From Eledone cirrhosa (taxonomy: Eukaryota): 64,000 bases of DNA. The DNA lies in the NCBI GenBank assembly GCA_964016885.1, contig OZ024741.1, forward strand, positions 182,590,001 through 182,654,000, written 5' to 3'. The notes under the pieces are model-generated. The model worked only from the letters and a program-made list of their open reading frames with translations. It made no database searches and had not been told where the DNA came from. Positions 15,259 through 30,876 of this stretch are shown here, piece after piece (positions within the stretch are counted from its first letter, which is position 1; each line of letters opens with the position of its first letter). The position numbers were made by a program, and so were the translations under genes.

Positions 15259-15609
15259 ATCGTCTTTTTGTGTTGTGGACCGCCATTATGTCCCTAGACA
15301 AAACGTGAGCTATTATGTAAAATGTCGACCATTAGACTCAATCAGTACCTTAAAATCACAAATGAGAGGATGATGAAAATGATACCTTTGTTATTTCAAT
15401 ATAATTTTTGTTATTAATACAATGTACATGTATACTAAATTGTTTTTAATGCCTTGGTGTGCGACTTACGGCCCACCTTGTATATTCTTCTTTTGTTTCC
15501 CAGAAGATCGCAGTTTGACAGAAAATTCAAGCAGGAGTAAAGTTGTAGAGTGTATTACAAACGTCGTAGCACTGGGTAGAATACGTTAATATTATTTGTT
15601 TCGATTCAG

Positions 15610-17275
15610 GGTGGTGGATTGTCAGTGTCGTTAGAGCATCAGACAACATGCTTTGGGGCATAGAATTATGTCCCTTTACATTCTGAGTTCAAATCACCTG
15701 CCTTTCATCCTTACCGGGTCGATAAAATAAACCACCAATAATGCACTGGGGTTGATTTAATCAATTTTTCCCTGCCCCAAAATTGTTGGCTTTGTGCCTA
15801 TAGTAAAAACCATGATTTGTTCCGATCAAGGGTGGTGTATTGTTAGTGTCGTTAAAGCATCAGACGACTGTTTAACAGTATTTGTTTCCACTCTTTATTC
15901 TCTGAGTTCAAATCCTATCGAGGCTAACATTGCTTTTTATCCTTCTGGGATGGATAAAATAAAGTACCAGGTACATACTGGAGTCTATATAATCGACTTC
16001 CCTTCCCCAAAAATATACTAGCCTTGTGCTAAAATTAGAAGCTATTATTTCTTCCACAAAGAGCGGTGAATTGGCAGTATCGGTAGAGCGTTGGACGCCA
16101 TGCTTTCTAGCATAGTTACGTCCCTTTACAGTCTGAGTTCAAATCCCGCCGAGGTTAACTTTGCCTTTCATCCTTATGGGGTCGATAAAATAAAGTACCA
16201 GTAATGTACTGGTTAATTGCTGGCCTTGTGCCTAAAGTAGAAACAATTATTTCTTCCACTGTAGCGATTTCAGATTGCTCCATCTTCACTTTACTTCCAG
16301 ATAACCTAAAATCCTGTCCAGTATACTGGGAAGTAGGACGAAATCGATTTTAAAATACGCCCTGGGATAGCTTGAAAGTTACTCCATCTTACCCACTCAA
16401 ATCATTCCCTAATGTCTTTTAGCCTTTGTTTCTAATAAAAGGATCAAAGAGTGAGACAAAGTATTTGCGTCATTTGCTCCAGTCGTTTACATTCAAAGTT
16501 CAAATCCCACCAAGGTCGGCTTTGTCTTTTATCCTTTCGGGTTTGATAACATAAAGTACCACTCAAGTGCTTTAGGTATAAATGACTCCCTCTGCCAAAT
16601 CGAAAAAATATTTTCTACCCTAGTGCCTAAATTAGAAACCATTATTAACTGAACCAGCGTGGTGGATTGGCAGTATCGGTAGAGCGTCGGACAACATGCT
16701 TTGCAGCATAAAGATACGGCCCTTTACGTTCTGAGTTCAAATCCCGCCGAGGTTAGCTTTGTCTTTCATCCTTACGGGGTCGATAAAATAAAGCACCAGT
16801 AACGCACTGGGGTCGATTTAATCGACTTACCCCTCCTCCCCAAATTGTTGGCCTTGTGCCTAAAGTAGAAACAATTATTAATTGAACTAAGTGCGTTGGG
16901 TTGGCAATATCGTTAGAGCGACAGACAAATACTTAGCAGTATTTGTTCCAGCTCTTTACGATCTCAGCTCAAACCCGGTCAAAGTTAACTTTACCTTTCA
17001 CACTTACGGAGTCGATAAAATAAAATACCAGTAACGCATTGGGGTATATTTAATCGACTTTCTCTTCTCCAAAAAATTGTTGGGTTTGTGGTGGATTGGC
17101 AGTATCGGTAGTGGGTCGGACGCCATGCTTTCCAGCATAGTTACGTCCCTTTACGATCTGAGTTCAAATCCCGCCGAGGTTGACTTTGCCTTTCATCCTT
17201 ACGGGGTCGATAAAATAAAGTACCAGTAATGCGCTGGGTAATTGCTGGCCTTGTGCCTAAAGTAGAAACAATTAT
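15610..17275 (+). mobile_element. Cluster of about seven same-orientation SINE copies
   Basis: Copies at roughly 15610, 15830, 16062, 16480, 16660, 16895 and 17090 with different degrees of decay. Confidence 0.85.
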
Positions 17276-18625
17276 TTTGCGCATTTTAGGACTAGCTTAC
17301 AATCTTGTGTGTTTCACACTGTTTAAACAATAAACGCATTGTAAGAAATGAGAAACTATCATTTTTAGCTAAATCAGTGTGAGGGTAATTTAAAATTAAG
17401 TTCAGTCTACTGCCGAGGATAATATGGATGCGAGTTCAGATTACCGGAAGTTAACTTGAAATTTGAATTAGCTTAAAGTCTTTACATCAGCTTTCTGCAT
17501 TCTGAGTTCAAATCCCACCAAGCTCAATTTTGCTTTTGATCCTTTTGGGGTCTAAAAAGAAGGCCCCAGCTTAGTGCCCCTCATTCTCCTTCTGATGGAT
17601 GTTCAGCTAGGTCAAGGGTGGGAGCGTGGATAAGTTGTCTGTGTCTACTCATGATTATATGGGAACCAAAAAAAACAGGGGTTGTATGGTTTATATTAAT
17701 AACAAATCATATTTGTTTGCATAGGTGTGTATGTGTGTGTATGTGTGCATGTGTGTATGTGTGTGTATATGTGTGTGTTGAGATAGAAATAGCTTATATT
17801 CATAATAAAAACAGTGTATTTATACGTGCACGAGTATATGTGTGCATGTGCACATATATTTGTGTGTGTGTGTGTGCATGAGTGCGTGTGTGCTTGTGTG
17901 TGTGTGTGTTGTGCGTGTGTGTAATGTTATCTAATGAATTCATCTTTATGAAGATAGTCGAGATGGAGGGGCTTTAAAAACAACATCAACAGCAACAACA
18001 ACATCAACAACACCAATAACATCAACAACAACAAAAACATCAACAACACCAACACCACCAACAACAGCAACAACACCAACAACATCGACAACACAAACAA
18101 AAACATTAGCAACAACATCAACATCAACAACTTCAAAAACAACATTAACAACAATATCAACAACGAGAACCTGAACAAACATATAATTTAAACAAAAGCC
18201 AAAAACTATATTAGATAAAAAATGGAAACGTAGACAGACAGACAGACAGATAAACAGACAGACTGAAGCATCTAAGAAACAGCCGCCCTCGCATCTCATT
18301 TAATTCAACATCCTTGTCTTATCAAACCACGTGATTAACCGACATCTTCCATCTTTCTGTTTCCGACGAAGAATTTTCCTATTCGAAACTTTATACTTTT
18401 CCTCCTCGCAGCAAAATAATTTATTTCACATTACAAAGGTTGTTTTTTTTTTCTTTTGTTTTTGTTTTGTTTATTTTTATCTTAATGTTAGTTTGTAAAC
18501 ATCGCCATTACTCGAATAGAATCTTGTCTGCTTCTCTCACTTTAGTAGCTGCCATCTTTTTTTTTTTTTGTGGCCATGTGACTACACTCACAAGTTCGCT
18601 CACTCTCCTTTCTCTCTCCCCCCCC

Positions 18626-18680
<55 letters not shown>

Positions 18681-18708
18681 AATATTTATATATATATTTA
18701 TATATATT

Positions 18709-18741
<33 letters not shown>

Positions 18742-18869
18742 GTAGAAGGTGAGTAATATTGTAGAACAATAAAACTATGCATATATCAGATAAGTAGCAC
18801 TCAACAGTTGGTAGAACTGGAGTATATATGATAAAGAAGAAATTACAAGATGGTTAAAAGAGTTCCATA

Positions 18870-18939
18870 TATTTTATTATGCGCATTTCGAATACAAAAT
18901 CATCCTGGGACAAAAATTGTGTTCTCATCAGATAAAATA
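18870..18939 (-). ncRNA. Type I hammerhead ribozyme motif
   Basis: Reverse complement: tattttat CTGATGA gaacacaa...ttgtattc GAAA tgcgca TA ataaaata; palindromic stem III. Confidence 0.8.
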
Positions 18940-19121
18940 AGGTAACATGATATGAGGCATAATAGCACTTGTTTACAGGAAAGTGCTAAGTCTACATATG
19001 ACAGAAATATAAGTGTTAATACTATAGTAAGAAATAGATAGGAAAATAGAAGAAAGGAAAAAAGAGGAGAAAAAGGAAAACGAAAGAGAAGAAAAGAAAG
19101 GAAAAAAAGAAGAAGAAAAGG

Positions 19122-19186
<65 letters not shown>

Positions 19187-19750
19187 TTGATCAGGAACGC
19201 TGTCAATATTAAAACAGCTGTAAATAACGGTTAAAAAATAAATTGATGAGGGGGGGTATGTGCGAATATTATAGACGGTATTCAAATAATAGAGGCCTAA
19301 ATATAGAAACTGGGTATATTATCTTATATTGGGTTTAAATACTGAAAATTGGATTAAGAAGTGTAAAAATGTATTAATAAAATAAAATAAAATAAAATAA
19401 AATAAATATAAAAAAAGATTTTTATAAAATAAAATTAAAATAAAAATAGTCTATCTATGTCAAAATTAATAATTACTAGTAAAAATCTGTATATGTGGGG
19501 TATACTATTATATTTATATATATATATATATCTTTGTTTAAAACCCGATTAGCTTGATCGCTTTTTTTGGCTTGGTGGTTAATGGCATAACCATCATATC
19601 AGTTTGTATGGCCTTTTTAACGTATGTTTATTGCTCTGGATCATTCGTATCTATCGAGCGCTTGCCAACACAAATCGAAGGTTGCTTTTCACTGTTTTTC
19701 TACTCGCCGAAATGCGATTCTCGCTAAATTATATTTATATATATATTTAT

Positions 19751-19854
<104 letters not shown>

Positions 19855-20070
19855 GTAAGTATGTATACGTACATACATATATGTATACAGACATACAGTA
19901 GTATGTATATATATACATACAGGCACACATATATATATATGCACGTATCAGTTTACCGAACATTTATTATAATGCTCGGTTTGTTCGTTTGTAAACAAAC
20001 AAACAGCCTGAATTACGCCGTACAGTATTTAGGCAACCACGTCACCTTTTTGTTCAACACTGACACAGGA

Positions 20071-20113
20071 ACGATGTACTAGTTTCAAGCTTATTAGCTA
20101 TCGTCGGCACCGT
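20071..20113 (-). ncRNA. Hammerhead motif with U4C core
   Basis: Reverse complement: acggtg CCGACGA tagct aata agctt GAAA ctag TA catcgt. Confidence 0.65.
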
Positions 20114-20327
20114 ATACCTTTCTGCGTTTGTTTACAAACGAACAAACCGAGCATTATAATAAATGTTCGGTAAACTGATACGTGCATATATATATGTGTG
20201 CCTGTATGTATATATATACATGCTACTGTACGTCTGTATACATATATGTATGTACGTATACATACATACTTACATTTAAGTAAGTGCCGTACTAAGAGTG
20301 AGAAATGAAATTTCGTTTCATTCTATT

Positions 20328-20399
<72 letters not shown>

Positions 20400-20788
20400 A
20401 TGCTTTGGGAGGGTCATGTTGCCAATAAGAAACACACACACCAGTTGCTTTCACTCCAATTTATTATAAATTAAATTTATAAATTTAAGAATTTATAAAT
20501 TTCCGGTTGGTTGGTTGGTTCCACAACCGGACGGTTGTTCATATATTGTCAAAGTTCTTTCGTCACACATTCTGTGACCTCTTCAGTGACTGGGGATTCT
20601 TTTCTTTGTTTTTGCGCCTCTCCTTTGTTCTGTCCTACGCCAGAAGATGCGTGTGTTTCTTATTGGCGTGTGTTTCTTATTGGCAACATGACCCTCCCAA
20701 ACCATAACAATATCGGTTTCAACACACGTTTTCAGATAAAGAATCTTGATAAACAAATTCAGAAACGAAATATATATATATATATGTG

Positions 20789-20876
<88 letters not shown>

Positions 20877-21399
20877 AATGTGTGTGTGTGTATATATATA
20901 TATATATAGAATGGCGTGCTGCGTTGTTGCGAACAGGAACATATGAATAAAAATAGACCAGGAGATAAAATGTCCTCATCAGTAGTCTGCTTATTATCGT
21001 TGGTATTTCGACGCATTAAAGACTAGATACCTAAAATCAGTGCGAGCGATAACTCAATTAAGTTATCGGGACAGTGGGAAAACAGAGGGAAGGAAACAAA
21101 CACATGGTAGTAATGCAACGTAAAGAGAGGAAATTAGAGACAAGTCAATGAATCCTGTGGGCTTAAGTCCGACAAATCAAATTGACGAGAAGAAAATAGA
21201 CACGTCCGAGCCGCGAGAAGATTGAGAGAGGAAAGAAATTCAAGCAGGTCAGACGGGAGGAAGTGAAAGAGGGGGAGAAACAGAGAGGGAGTGTGTGAAA
21301 GTGTGAGGAAGGGGTCAGTCGAGAGTGATTGACCAGCAGCGGGAGTTGAGGAAGGCAAGAGGTGAAGGAGAGAGAAAAGGTGATAGCAGTAAAGTGACA

Positions 21400-21471
<72 letters not shown>

Positions 21472-21659
21472 CTTCACTCTCTTCCTCTCTCTCACGCTCA
21501 CTCACAGGACAAGATCAACGATAACAGCAATAATGATATAAATATAACAACAACAGCAACAGCAACAACAACAATCAAACGTGCACCCCCAAAAATTTGA
21601 CATTCGATTTTGACCTTAGGTTATTCAAAGATACTCGTTATCGTCCCGAAGCAAACAAT

Positions 21660-22042
21660 AACACCGTCATCATCACCGTCATCATTAGCATCATCATCAT
21701 CATCATCATCACCATCATCATCACCATCATCACCATCATCACCATCATCATCATCATCATCACCATCATCACCATCATCATCATCATCATCACCATCATC
21801 ACCATCATCACCATCATCATCCACACCATCATCATCATCATCATCATTTTAAACAACGTCATAGATATCAACCGTATCGTCGTCATTATCATCATGATCA
21901 ATATCATCGACATCGGCAACATCGTCATCAACCGTTCTCAATACCATCATCATCACCATCATCATTGTCATCATCATCATCATCTTCACCAACACCACCA
22001 CCACCACCAACATCACCATAATTTTACATCACCTTCAGCTTC

Positions 22043-22076
<34 letters not shown>

Positions 22077-22081
22077 CTGTC

Positions 22082-22113
<32 letters not shown>

Positions 22114-22122
22114 CATTATTGC

Positions 22123-22168
<46 letters not shown>

Positions 22169-22191
22169 GTCATCACCATCACCATCATCAC

Positions 22192-22238
<47 letters not shown>

Positions 22239-22660
22239 CCATCATCATCGTCATCACCATCACCATCATCACCATCATCATCATCACCATCATCATCATC
22301 ACCATCATCATCATCAACATCATCATCACCATCATCATCGTCGTCGTCATCACCATTATCATTATCATCATCATCACCATCACCATCATCATCATCGTTG
22401 TCATCATTTTCATTATTATCATCATCATCGTTTTCATCATCAACAACACTCACGACATCATCATCACCAACATTATCACCTTCATTAACATTAACAACAA
22501 CAACAACAAAAATTCTTGTAAATAACTACAACAACAACAACAACAACAACAACAAATACTCCTGTAAATTACAGCAACAACAACAATAATAACAACAAAC
22601 ACTCTTGTATTAACCACACCAACCTCAGCAACAGCAGCAACAACAACAAAAACAATAATA
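21660..22660. repeat. (CAT/CAC)n then (CAA)n low-complexity tract
   Basis: Directly visible; explains poly-H/S/D/M ORFs. Confidence 0.95.
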
Positions 22661-22662
22661 AC

Positions 22663-22872
22663 AATTGTTTCTACTTTAGGCACAAGGCCAGCAATTTTAA
22701 GGGGAAGGGGAAGTCGATTAAATTTACCCCAGTTCATTACTGGTACTTTATTTTATCGACCCCGTACGGTTGAAAGGAAGGCAGAGTTAACCTCGGCGGG
22801 ATTTGAACTCAGACCGTAGAGGGACGTAACTCTATGCCGCTAAGCATGTTGTCCGACGCTCTACCGATACTG
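22663..22872 (-). mobile_element. SINE copy
   Basis: Reverse complement of the SINE consensus (long variant). Confidence 0.85.
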
Positions 22873-22889
22873 AAACAACTACAGCAACT

Positions 22890-23455
22890 AAGAGAGAAAA
22901 GAGAGATGAGAGAGATGAGAGGGAGAAAGAGTAGAGAGGGGAAAGTAGAGAGAGGGGGGAAGTAGAGAGATTGGATGAAAGAGCAGGAAAAGAGAGATGA
23001 GAGAGATCAGAGGGAGAAGAGAGGGGAAAATAGAGAAAGGGGGAAGAGAGAAAAGAGAGATGAGAGAGATGAGAGGGAGAAGAGAGGGGAGTTGGGGAAA
23101 GGGGGAAATAGAGAGATGGGGTGAAAGAGACATGAGAAATGCGAGAGAGAGTAGAGAAGGGGGTGATAGGGAAAAGGGGAAAGTAGAGAGAGTGGGGGGG
23201 GGGGAGATATAAGAGGGATGAGAGATGCGAGAAAGTGTAGAGAGGGGGTAGAGAAAGTGTGGAAATAGAGAGAGGGGATGAAAGAGAGAACAAAGAGATG
23301 AGAGAGAGGGAGAGTAGAAAGGGGAAAGTAGAGAGAAGGGGAAGAGAGAAAAGAGAGAAAAGAGAGAAAAGAGAGATGAGAGAGTAGAGAGGGAGTTAGA
23401 GAGAGGTAGAAAAGAGAGATGGGGGGTGTAGACAGAGAGCAGGGAAGGGGGTACA
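22890..23455. repeat. Polypurine GA-rich tract
   Basis: Directly visible. Confidence 0.9.
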
Positions 23456-23778
23456 TGAGATGTGTTTATCAGGGCGTAACCTTCTGTTTATGTAACTTGA
23501 AATACCAACTTTCTGTTTAGGAAAGAAGACAGAAAACAGTTCGTTAGCCAAATGTACTCAGTGATGTTGGGTGGCGCCGGCCGGGTGGTGTTGGGAGGGT
23601 GCCCCGTGGTGGTGATGGTGGTGGTGGTGTTCGGTGGGTGGTGTTGGACACTGTACAATGTGGCCAATCCGAAATCAAGTGCGCTGCACGCTGTGTGAAG
23701 CAGTTGCGTGGAGGAAAGTTCGAGAATAAATACAATACACACTTTCTAAACGACAAGATAATGGAAGGTGTGTATGTA

Positions 23779-23862
<84 letters not shown>

Positions 23863-23942
23863 GTCATCAAGTATGAAATTTGTAGATATTTGTAGAAATT
23901 TCTAGAAAAAAATAAATTTCTACAAATTTCATACTTGATGAC

Positions 23943-24018
<76 letters not shown>

Positions 24019-24185
24019 ATTCTACAGGACTAGAACTGTTTCATTCGTGATGTATGTAAGTATGTGTGTGTGTATGTATGTAAGTATGTGTGTCTGTGTG
24101 TATGTATATATGCATATATATATACATACACAGCGATACATACACACACACATGCATATATATATATATATATCCGGGATAAAAA

Positions 24186-24227
<42 letters not shown>

Positions 24228-24742
24228 TTTTTATCCCGGATATATATATATATATATGCATGTGTGTGTGTATGTATCGCTGTGTATGTATATATATATG
24301 CATATATACATACGATATTACCAGCTTTGACATATAGAACAAGTGGAGCAGTATTTAAGAAGAGCTCAATGCATGATGAGAGAATGTTTGTAGGTATGAC
24401 CAGAGAAGCCGGGTATAAATAGCGACGTTTGTTGATAGGTTAAAACAAATATCCTAGTTGCATATTGCGTAACATTGAAACAATCCAATGGAACGGTACT
24501 AATAAAGAGATACGTTATATATTATAAATATATATATATATATATATATAACGAAGGAAATGTGGTAAGGAACCAGATGGACCATAACGCACCAAAGTAC
24601 TCAATACTTAGGGTAGTAGAGTGGGTAATAGGAACGAGTAGGACCCGGACGGCTGAGCTCAAACCGTTTCGACGGCTAATTCTGGTAGTCCAGAATTAGC
24701 CGTCGAAACGGTTTGAGCTCAGCCGTCCGGGTCCTACTCGTT

Positions 24743-24809
<67 letters not shown>

Positions 24810-24963
24810 ATAATAATAAATTTGAAGACTAAAATCCAAAGAGTGCTCGATAAGGATAAATATATATCAAATATATAAGAACCGTAGACCAAATATTCAG
24901 AAGATCCCGTTAAGGGTGAAATCAGCGATTCTTTGCTTAAACTTTAATCTGTTATTTTAATAA

Positions 24964-25118
<155 letters not shown>

Positions 25119-25360
25119 CTAGAAATTATGTCCATAGATCATTTGATAATATATATACACCATTTCCTCTCCCAATTAGCATAATCAGCCACACAAAAAA
25201 AAACAATTAAACCAGGCTATAAGATTAAAAGGCACCTATGAAGAAATAATTGATAAATAAACGACAGCCATCTATTCGCGATCAACAGCTATAGAATATT
25301 TACCCACCATTTCAATAGCACGTGGAAATCGATTAAATATATCGTCAACCATACACAATT

Positions 25361-25427
<67 letters not shown>

Positions 25428-25690
25428 TGTTAACCTTGGTCTTCCCCTTCTAGTGTGTCCATGTAGGTGCTCCCAAAGGAGCACTGAGTGCAATGTCAAC
25501 TCTGGATGTCGGTGAGCATGTCCAGCCAACCTCAGTCTCCTCTGAAGACCAAGGTTAACATATGTTGATGCCCTAAGGACAGACACTGGTCTGTTGGAGA
25601 TGCAGGATATGGCAGCGATAATGAGGGACAGAGACCGCTGGAGAGAACTCGTCCATGGATCTCGGGAATTTTACCCGCCTAGATAGATAT
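25428..25690. mobile_element. RTE LINE 3' end with inverted 5' part (other copies at 52722-52870 plus and 62998-63180 minus)
   Basis: RRLRLAGHAHRHPE...GHTRRGRPRLTY on the minus strand continues as [15 protein letters not shown]...[10 protein letters not shown] on the plus strand; (TAGA)n tail. Confidence 0.75.
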
Positions 25691-25750
25691 ATATAAATAA
25701 AAACAATGAAATAAAAACAAAGAACAGTTTCCTTATATTAAAAAAAAATC

Positions 25751-25889
25751 ATTATTTTACGATCGTTTCTGGGATATATATGTGTATGTTGGTATGTATA
25801 TCGTATTAAAGATCTATGTAAAAAAATATTACAAATTATCAGAGGAGATATCCATACCTTCAGTTATATATGCCATCTTCAGAAATTAT
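25751..25889 (-). ncRNA. Hammerhead motif with long stem II insertion
   Basis: Reverse complement: ataattt CTGAAGA tggcatatata...tatatatccca GAAA cgatcg TA aaataat. Confidence 0.65.
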
Positions 25890-26149
25890 GAAGTATGTTT
25901 ATTGAAAGAAAGTTTTAATGGATTACATTCAGTTCTTCATATATATATATCTAGGGAGTGTAACTTGGAGTTACTGCAGGTTCACCCGGATGAGCACTCG
26001 ATGTTTAGGTTCGCGAAAGGGTCCGTCGAGCTGCCGATTATTGAGTCGGGTAAGATCGATACAGATCGAATCTTGAGCTGATCAGTGGCGAAACGCGTGT
26101 CACCTACCAATAAATGTAATGAAGGAGTAACCAATCGTCCTTGTTATCC

Positions 26150-26245
<96 letters not shown>

Positions 26246-26525
26246 CCCTTTTACTCTTTTACTTGTACCAGCCATCCGGCTGAGGCCATATATATTTGTG
26301 TTTGTTTGTGAGTGTGTGTGTATATATATATATATATATATCATCATCATCATCATCATCATCACCGTTTTACGTCCGTTCTTTCACGCTAGCATGGGTT
26401 AGAAGGGTTGTCCTGTTGCGGGAATGCTAGGTCAGGTGACCATATATATATATATAAACGGAAAAAATGAAACGAAATTTCATTTCTCACTCTTAGTACG
26501 GCTGTATACATACTCATATATATAC

Positions 26526-26644
<119 letters not shown>

Positions 26645-26783
26645 TATATATATAATACATACATATACGGATCTAGCTGTCGGAACGGCCGAAGCTCAGC
26701 CGTCGGTGTCGACTCTTTTCCTATATATATATTATATGTATGTATGCATTATATATATATATATATATAATATATATATATAC

Positions 26784-26924
<141 letters not shown>

Positions 26925-26931
26925 TATATAC

Positions 26932-27043
<112 letters not shown>

Positions 27044-27061
27044 TATGTATGTATATATATG

Positions 27062-27128
<67 letters not shown>

Positions 27129-27298
27129 AATATATATATATATATTGTTATACTTTGGGAGGGTCATGTTGCCAATAAGAAACACACGCACCAGTTGCTT
27201 TCACTTCAATTTATTATAATAAATTTATAATAAATTTATAAATTTATAAATTTCTGGTTGGTTGGTTGCTTCCACAACCAGATAGTTGTTTATATATT

Positions 27299-27341
27299 GT
27301 CATAGTTCTTTCGTCACACACTCTGTGACCTCTTCAGTGAC
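27299..27341 (-). ncRNA. Minimal hammerhead motif (other copies at ~20550-20590 minus, ~28700-28740 minus, 28749-28791 plus)
   Basis: Reverse complement: gtca CTGAAGA ggtcaca gagtg tgtgac GAAA gaac TA tgac. Confidence 0.7.
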
Positions 27342-27933
27342 TGGGGATTCCTTTCTTTGTTTCTGTGCCTCTCCTTTGTTCAGTCCTACGCCATTTTGTT
27401 TCTGTGTGTGTGTTGTGTGCTCAGTCTGCGCATGCGCCACATCCGAGTGTCTGTGTGTGTTTATGTTCATTTATTTATTTGTTTATTTACATGTTACTGG
27501 TTGGTTGTTTGTTCTATGTGTGTGTGTGTTTTCATTTTGTCCTTAATTGTAAGTTGTGATGTTGCTGTTCCACTCATATTTTCTATTTAATTTTGGTTGT
27601 AATTCTTTTATGTTTATTGCCTCTGTAATTTGTCTAAACATTGCGTCTTTTCTGTGTGTAGATTCTATTTTTATTTCTATGTGTCAGAGTGTGTGACGAA
27701 AGAACTATGACAATATATAAACAACTATCTGGTTGTGGAACCAACCAACCAACCAGAAATTTATAAATTTATAAATTTATTATAAATTTATTATAAATTT
27801 ATTATATTAAATTGAAGTGAATGCAACTGGTGCGTGTGTTTCTTATTGGCAACATGACCCTCCCAAAGTATAACAATATCGGTTTCAACACACGATTTCA
27901 GATAAAGAATCTTGCTAAACAAATTCAGAAACG

Positions 27934-28003
<70 letters not shown>

Positions 28004-28176
28004 GAGCACACGGACACGGGCATATGTATGCAGACATAGAAAGCAGGCTATGTAAGATAAGGTAGGATGGAAAGGTGAAAATAATCGGCTGCACAGACAG
28101 ATTTTTCTTTTGTTTATAGTCTCAAAACAAAGCAGAGAGATAAAGACCCGTAAACTATCACACACACACATACACA

Positions 28177-28276
<100 letters not shown>

Positions 28277-28300
28277 TACATACATACATACATACATACA

Positions 28301-28419
<119 letters not shown>

Positions 28420-28988
28420 GTTTTCAGATAAAGAATCATGCTAAACAAATTCAGAAACGAAATACATATATATATATATATACATATATATTTCGTTTCT
28501 GAATTTGTTTAGCAAGATTCTTTATCTGAAAACGTGTGTTGAAACCGATATTGTTATACTTTGGGAAGGTTATGTTGCCAATAAGAAACACACGCACCAG
28601 TTGCTTTCACTCCAATTTATTATAAATTAAATTTTTAAATTTAAGAATTTATAAATTTCCGGTTGGTTGGTTCCACAACCGGACGGTTGTTCATATATTG
28701 TCAAAGTTCTTTCGTCACACATTCTGTGACCTCTTCAGTGAATCCCCAGTCACTGAAGAGGTCACAGATTGTGTGACGAAAAAACTTTGACAATATATGA
28801 ATAACCGTCCGGTTGTGGAACCAACCAACCAACCGGAAATTTATAAATTCTTAAATTTATAAATTTAATTTATAATAAATTGGAGTGAAAGCAACTGGTG
28901 CGTGTATTTCTTATTGGCAACATAACCTTCCCAAAATATAACAATATATATATATACATACACACGTGTTTTTGTATATATGTGTGTG

Positions 28989-29086
<98 letters not shown>

Positions 29087-29276
29087 CAATATCGGAGAAA
29101 GCTTTTTAGCGATACTCCGGCCAAATTCCAACTCACTCAACAAACATTAGAAAATAAGTGATTATATTCCCAATTATACGTTCGGGGTGCTAACTAAAAG
29201 TATTGCGTGGAAAATTGGCTGTATTATTTCATATGAGACATATCTAATATATATATATATATATAATATATATGTA

Positions 29277-29314
29277 CGAGCTGACGATCCGCTAAGGTGA
29301 AACAATTGTACTCG
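29277..29314 (+). ncRNA. Minimal type I hammerhead motif
   Basis: cgag CTGACGA tccgctaaggt GAAA caattg TA ctcg; palindromic stem III. Confidence 0.75.
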
Positions 29315-29409
29315 GTATGGTGAACCAACTGTTGTGTAACCACTTATACCTAACTCGTCCCATGGACTGAGTGCTCTACCACTACGGATATTACCTTCCA
29401 GTGTTCTAC

Positions 29410-29510
<101 letters not shown>

Positions 29511-29541
29511 ACAAAAACCACAGACCCTCCATCTCAACTCT

Positions 29542-29579
29542 ACTTTTGAAAAGCAGAAGAACTGCGAAACCGGTAAAGG
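29542..29579 (+). ncRNA. Hammerhead motif with U3-A8 variant core
   Basis: actt TTGAAAA gcag aagaa ctgc GAAA ccgg TA aagg; same family as 59289-59326 and 59745-59782. Confidence 0.65.
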
Positions 29580-29711
29580 AACCAAATAAAAATATATATT
29601 TTTTTTTTTAAATAAGACTCCAGTTGCATTTTCGATTTCATCTTTTTTTCTTTATAATTTCACTCGTGTAGGATACCGGTTATTTTTCATTTTGTAAAAA
29701 AACCTCACTTT

Positions 29712-29796
<85 letters not shown>

Positions 29797-29924
29797 AAAG
29801 TTATATTTAAATTGTTGGGTTAACAACGAGTAAATATTTATAACTGATATAAAAGCACTCAACAAGTATTTGGAGTATATTTATGATATTAAATAAATGG
29901 AAACTATATTTATAAAACCATATT

Positions 29925-29990
29925 TATTTCGTTATATATATTTCAGGGATATCATATTAACAATATGTTATGCCTTCTTCAGACAAAATA
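29925..29990 (-). ncRNA. Type I hammerhead motif (same family as 5383)
   Basis: Reverse complement: tattttgt CTGAAGA aggcataacata...tatgatatccct GAAA tatata TA acgaaata. Confidence 0.7.
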
Positions 29991-30066
29991 CAATATAAAC
30001 AGTCTTATAAATAAATAGATACGACATACCTTTCAATCACCTTGCATTTGGGAGGTTGATTTGGCA

Positions 30067-30105
<39 letters not shown>

Positions 30106-30399
30106 GTTGTAGCCTCGTATTGTAGCCTTTGCATGGTTGTTTTACATGCTAGAAATAACGGCCAACTCTTCTTTAAACGGCAGTGCGTATATCAATTGTT
30201 TAAACCCTTCTTAATCTTGTAAACATACAATTCCTCAATAACCACAAATACCACAAACGTTGTAATAAAAGCAATGCACGGGTAAATTTTAGTTATACTG
30301 TAAATTAAGCCACATTTATAGCTAGAACTACCTGAGAAGTTATCCTCTATCCTAGTCTAATTCTTATTAGTTCGTCTTCTTCACCCAATGATGAATGAC

Positions 30400-30660
30400 T
30401 CGATGCGTGAGGCAAAGGTATCTCCGATAAATGGTACAATTGACTATATTAGTCTAACGAAAAGTATGTTTAAAATTAGATATACCCAATGCATCTGCAC
30501 CTTCGAATGTACAGGAAATCTGAATACAACATCACTGTCCAAATATGTCTGGGGACTGAAGGAACATATTAAAATAGAATTATAGGATTATAGGCTACCG
30601 AAACTGAACGGTATTTGAAACACCTAATAGAAAAATATGTAAACATAAAAACGAGTACAT
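30400..30660 (+). pseudogene. Decayed Penelope-like GIY-YIG endonuclease fragment
   Basis: DYISLTKSMFKIRY...TFE...NTTSLSKYVWGLKE aligns with the YIG.T...FK.R...T.LS..IW.L pattern at 54330-54590. Confidence 0.7.
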
Positions 30661-30876
30661 ACTTCCTTCAGGTTAATATCGGTTGAACATTTCCGACGAT
30701 AAAGTGACTTTTTAATACATAAGTATTCATGCACTGTTTGTATAATGTAAATCTATATACGGACCGAGGAAACAATGTTTCTATCGGTCTTTCCAATTGC
30801 TAATACTATCTACTGGTCACAAATCCAGGCAGAAGGAGCAACGAGAAATAAATTGTCTTGCTCAAGGACATAATGC

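Noticed and set aside
20965-21025. Permuted hammerhead-like order GAAA...CTGATGA (also 51800-51840)
   Set aside because: Stems I and III could not be paired convincingly.
21597-22589. 330-aa His/Ser-rich ORF
   Set aside because: (CAT/CAC)n tract lacking stops; no splice signals or domain.
23521-23760. GC-richer unique stretch after an AG as a candidate upstream stum exon
   Set aside because: No frame resembles the conserved stum N-terminal segment and no compatible donor was found.
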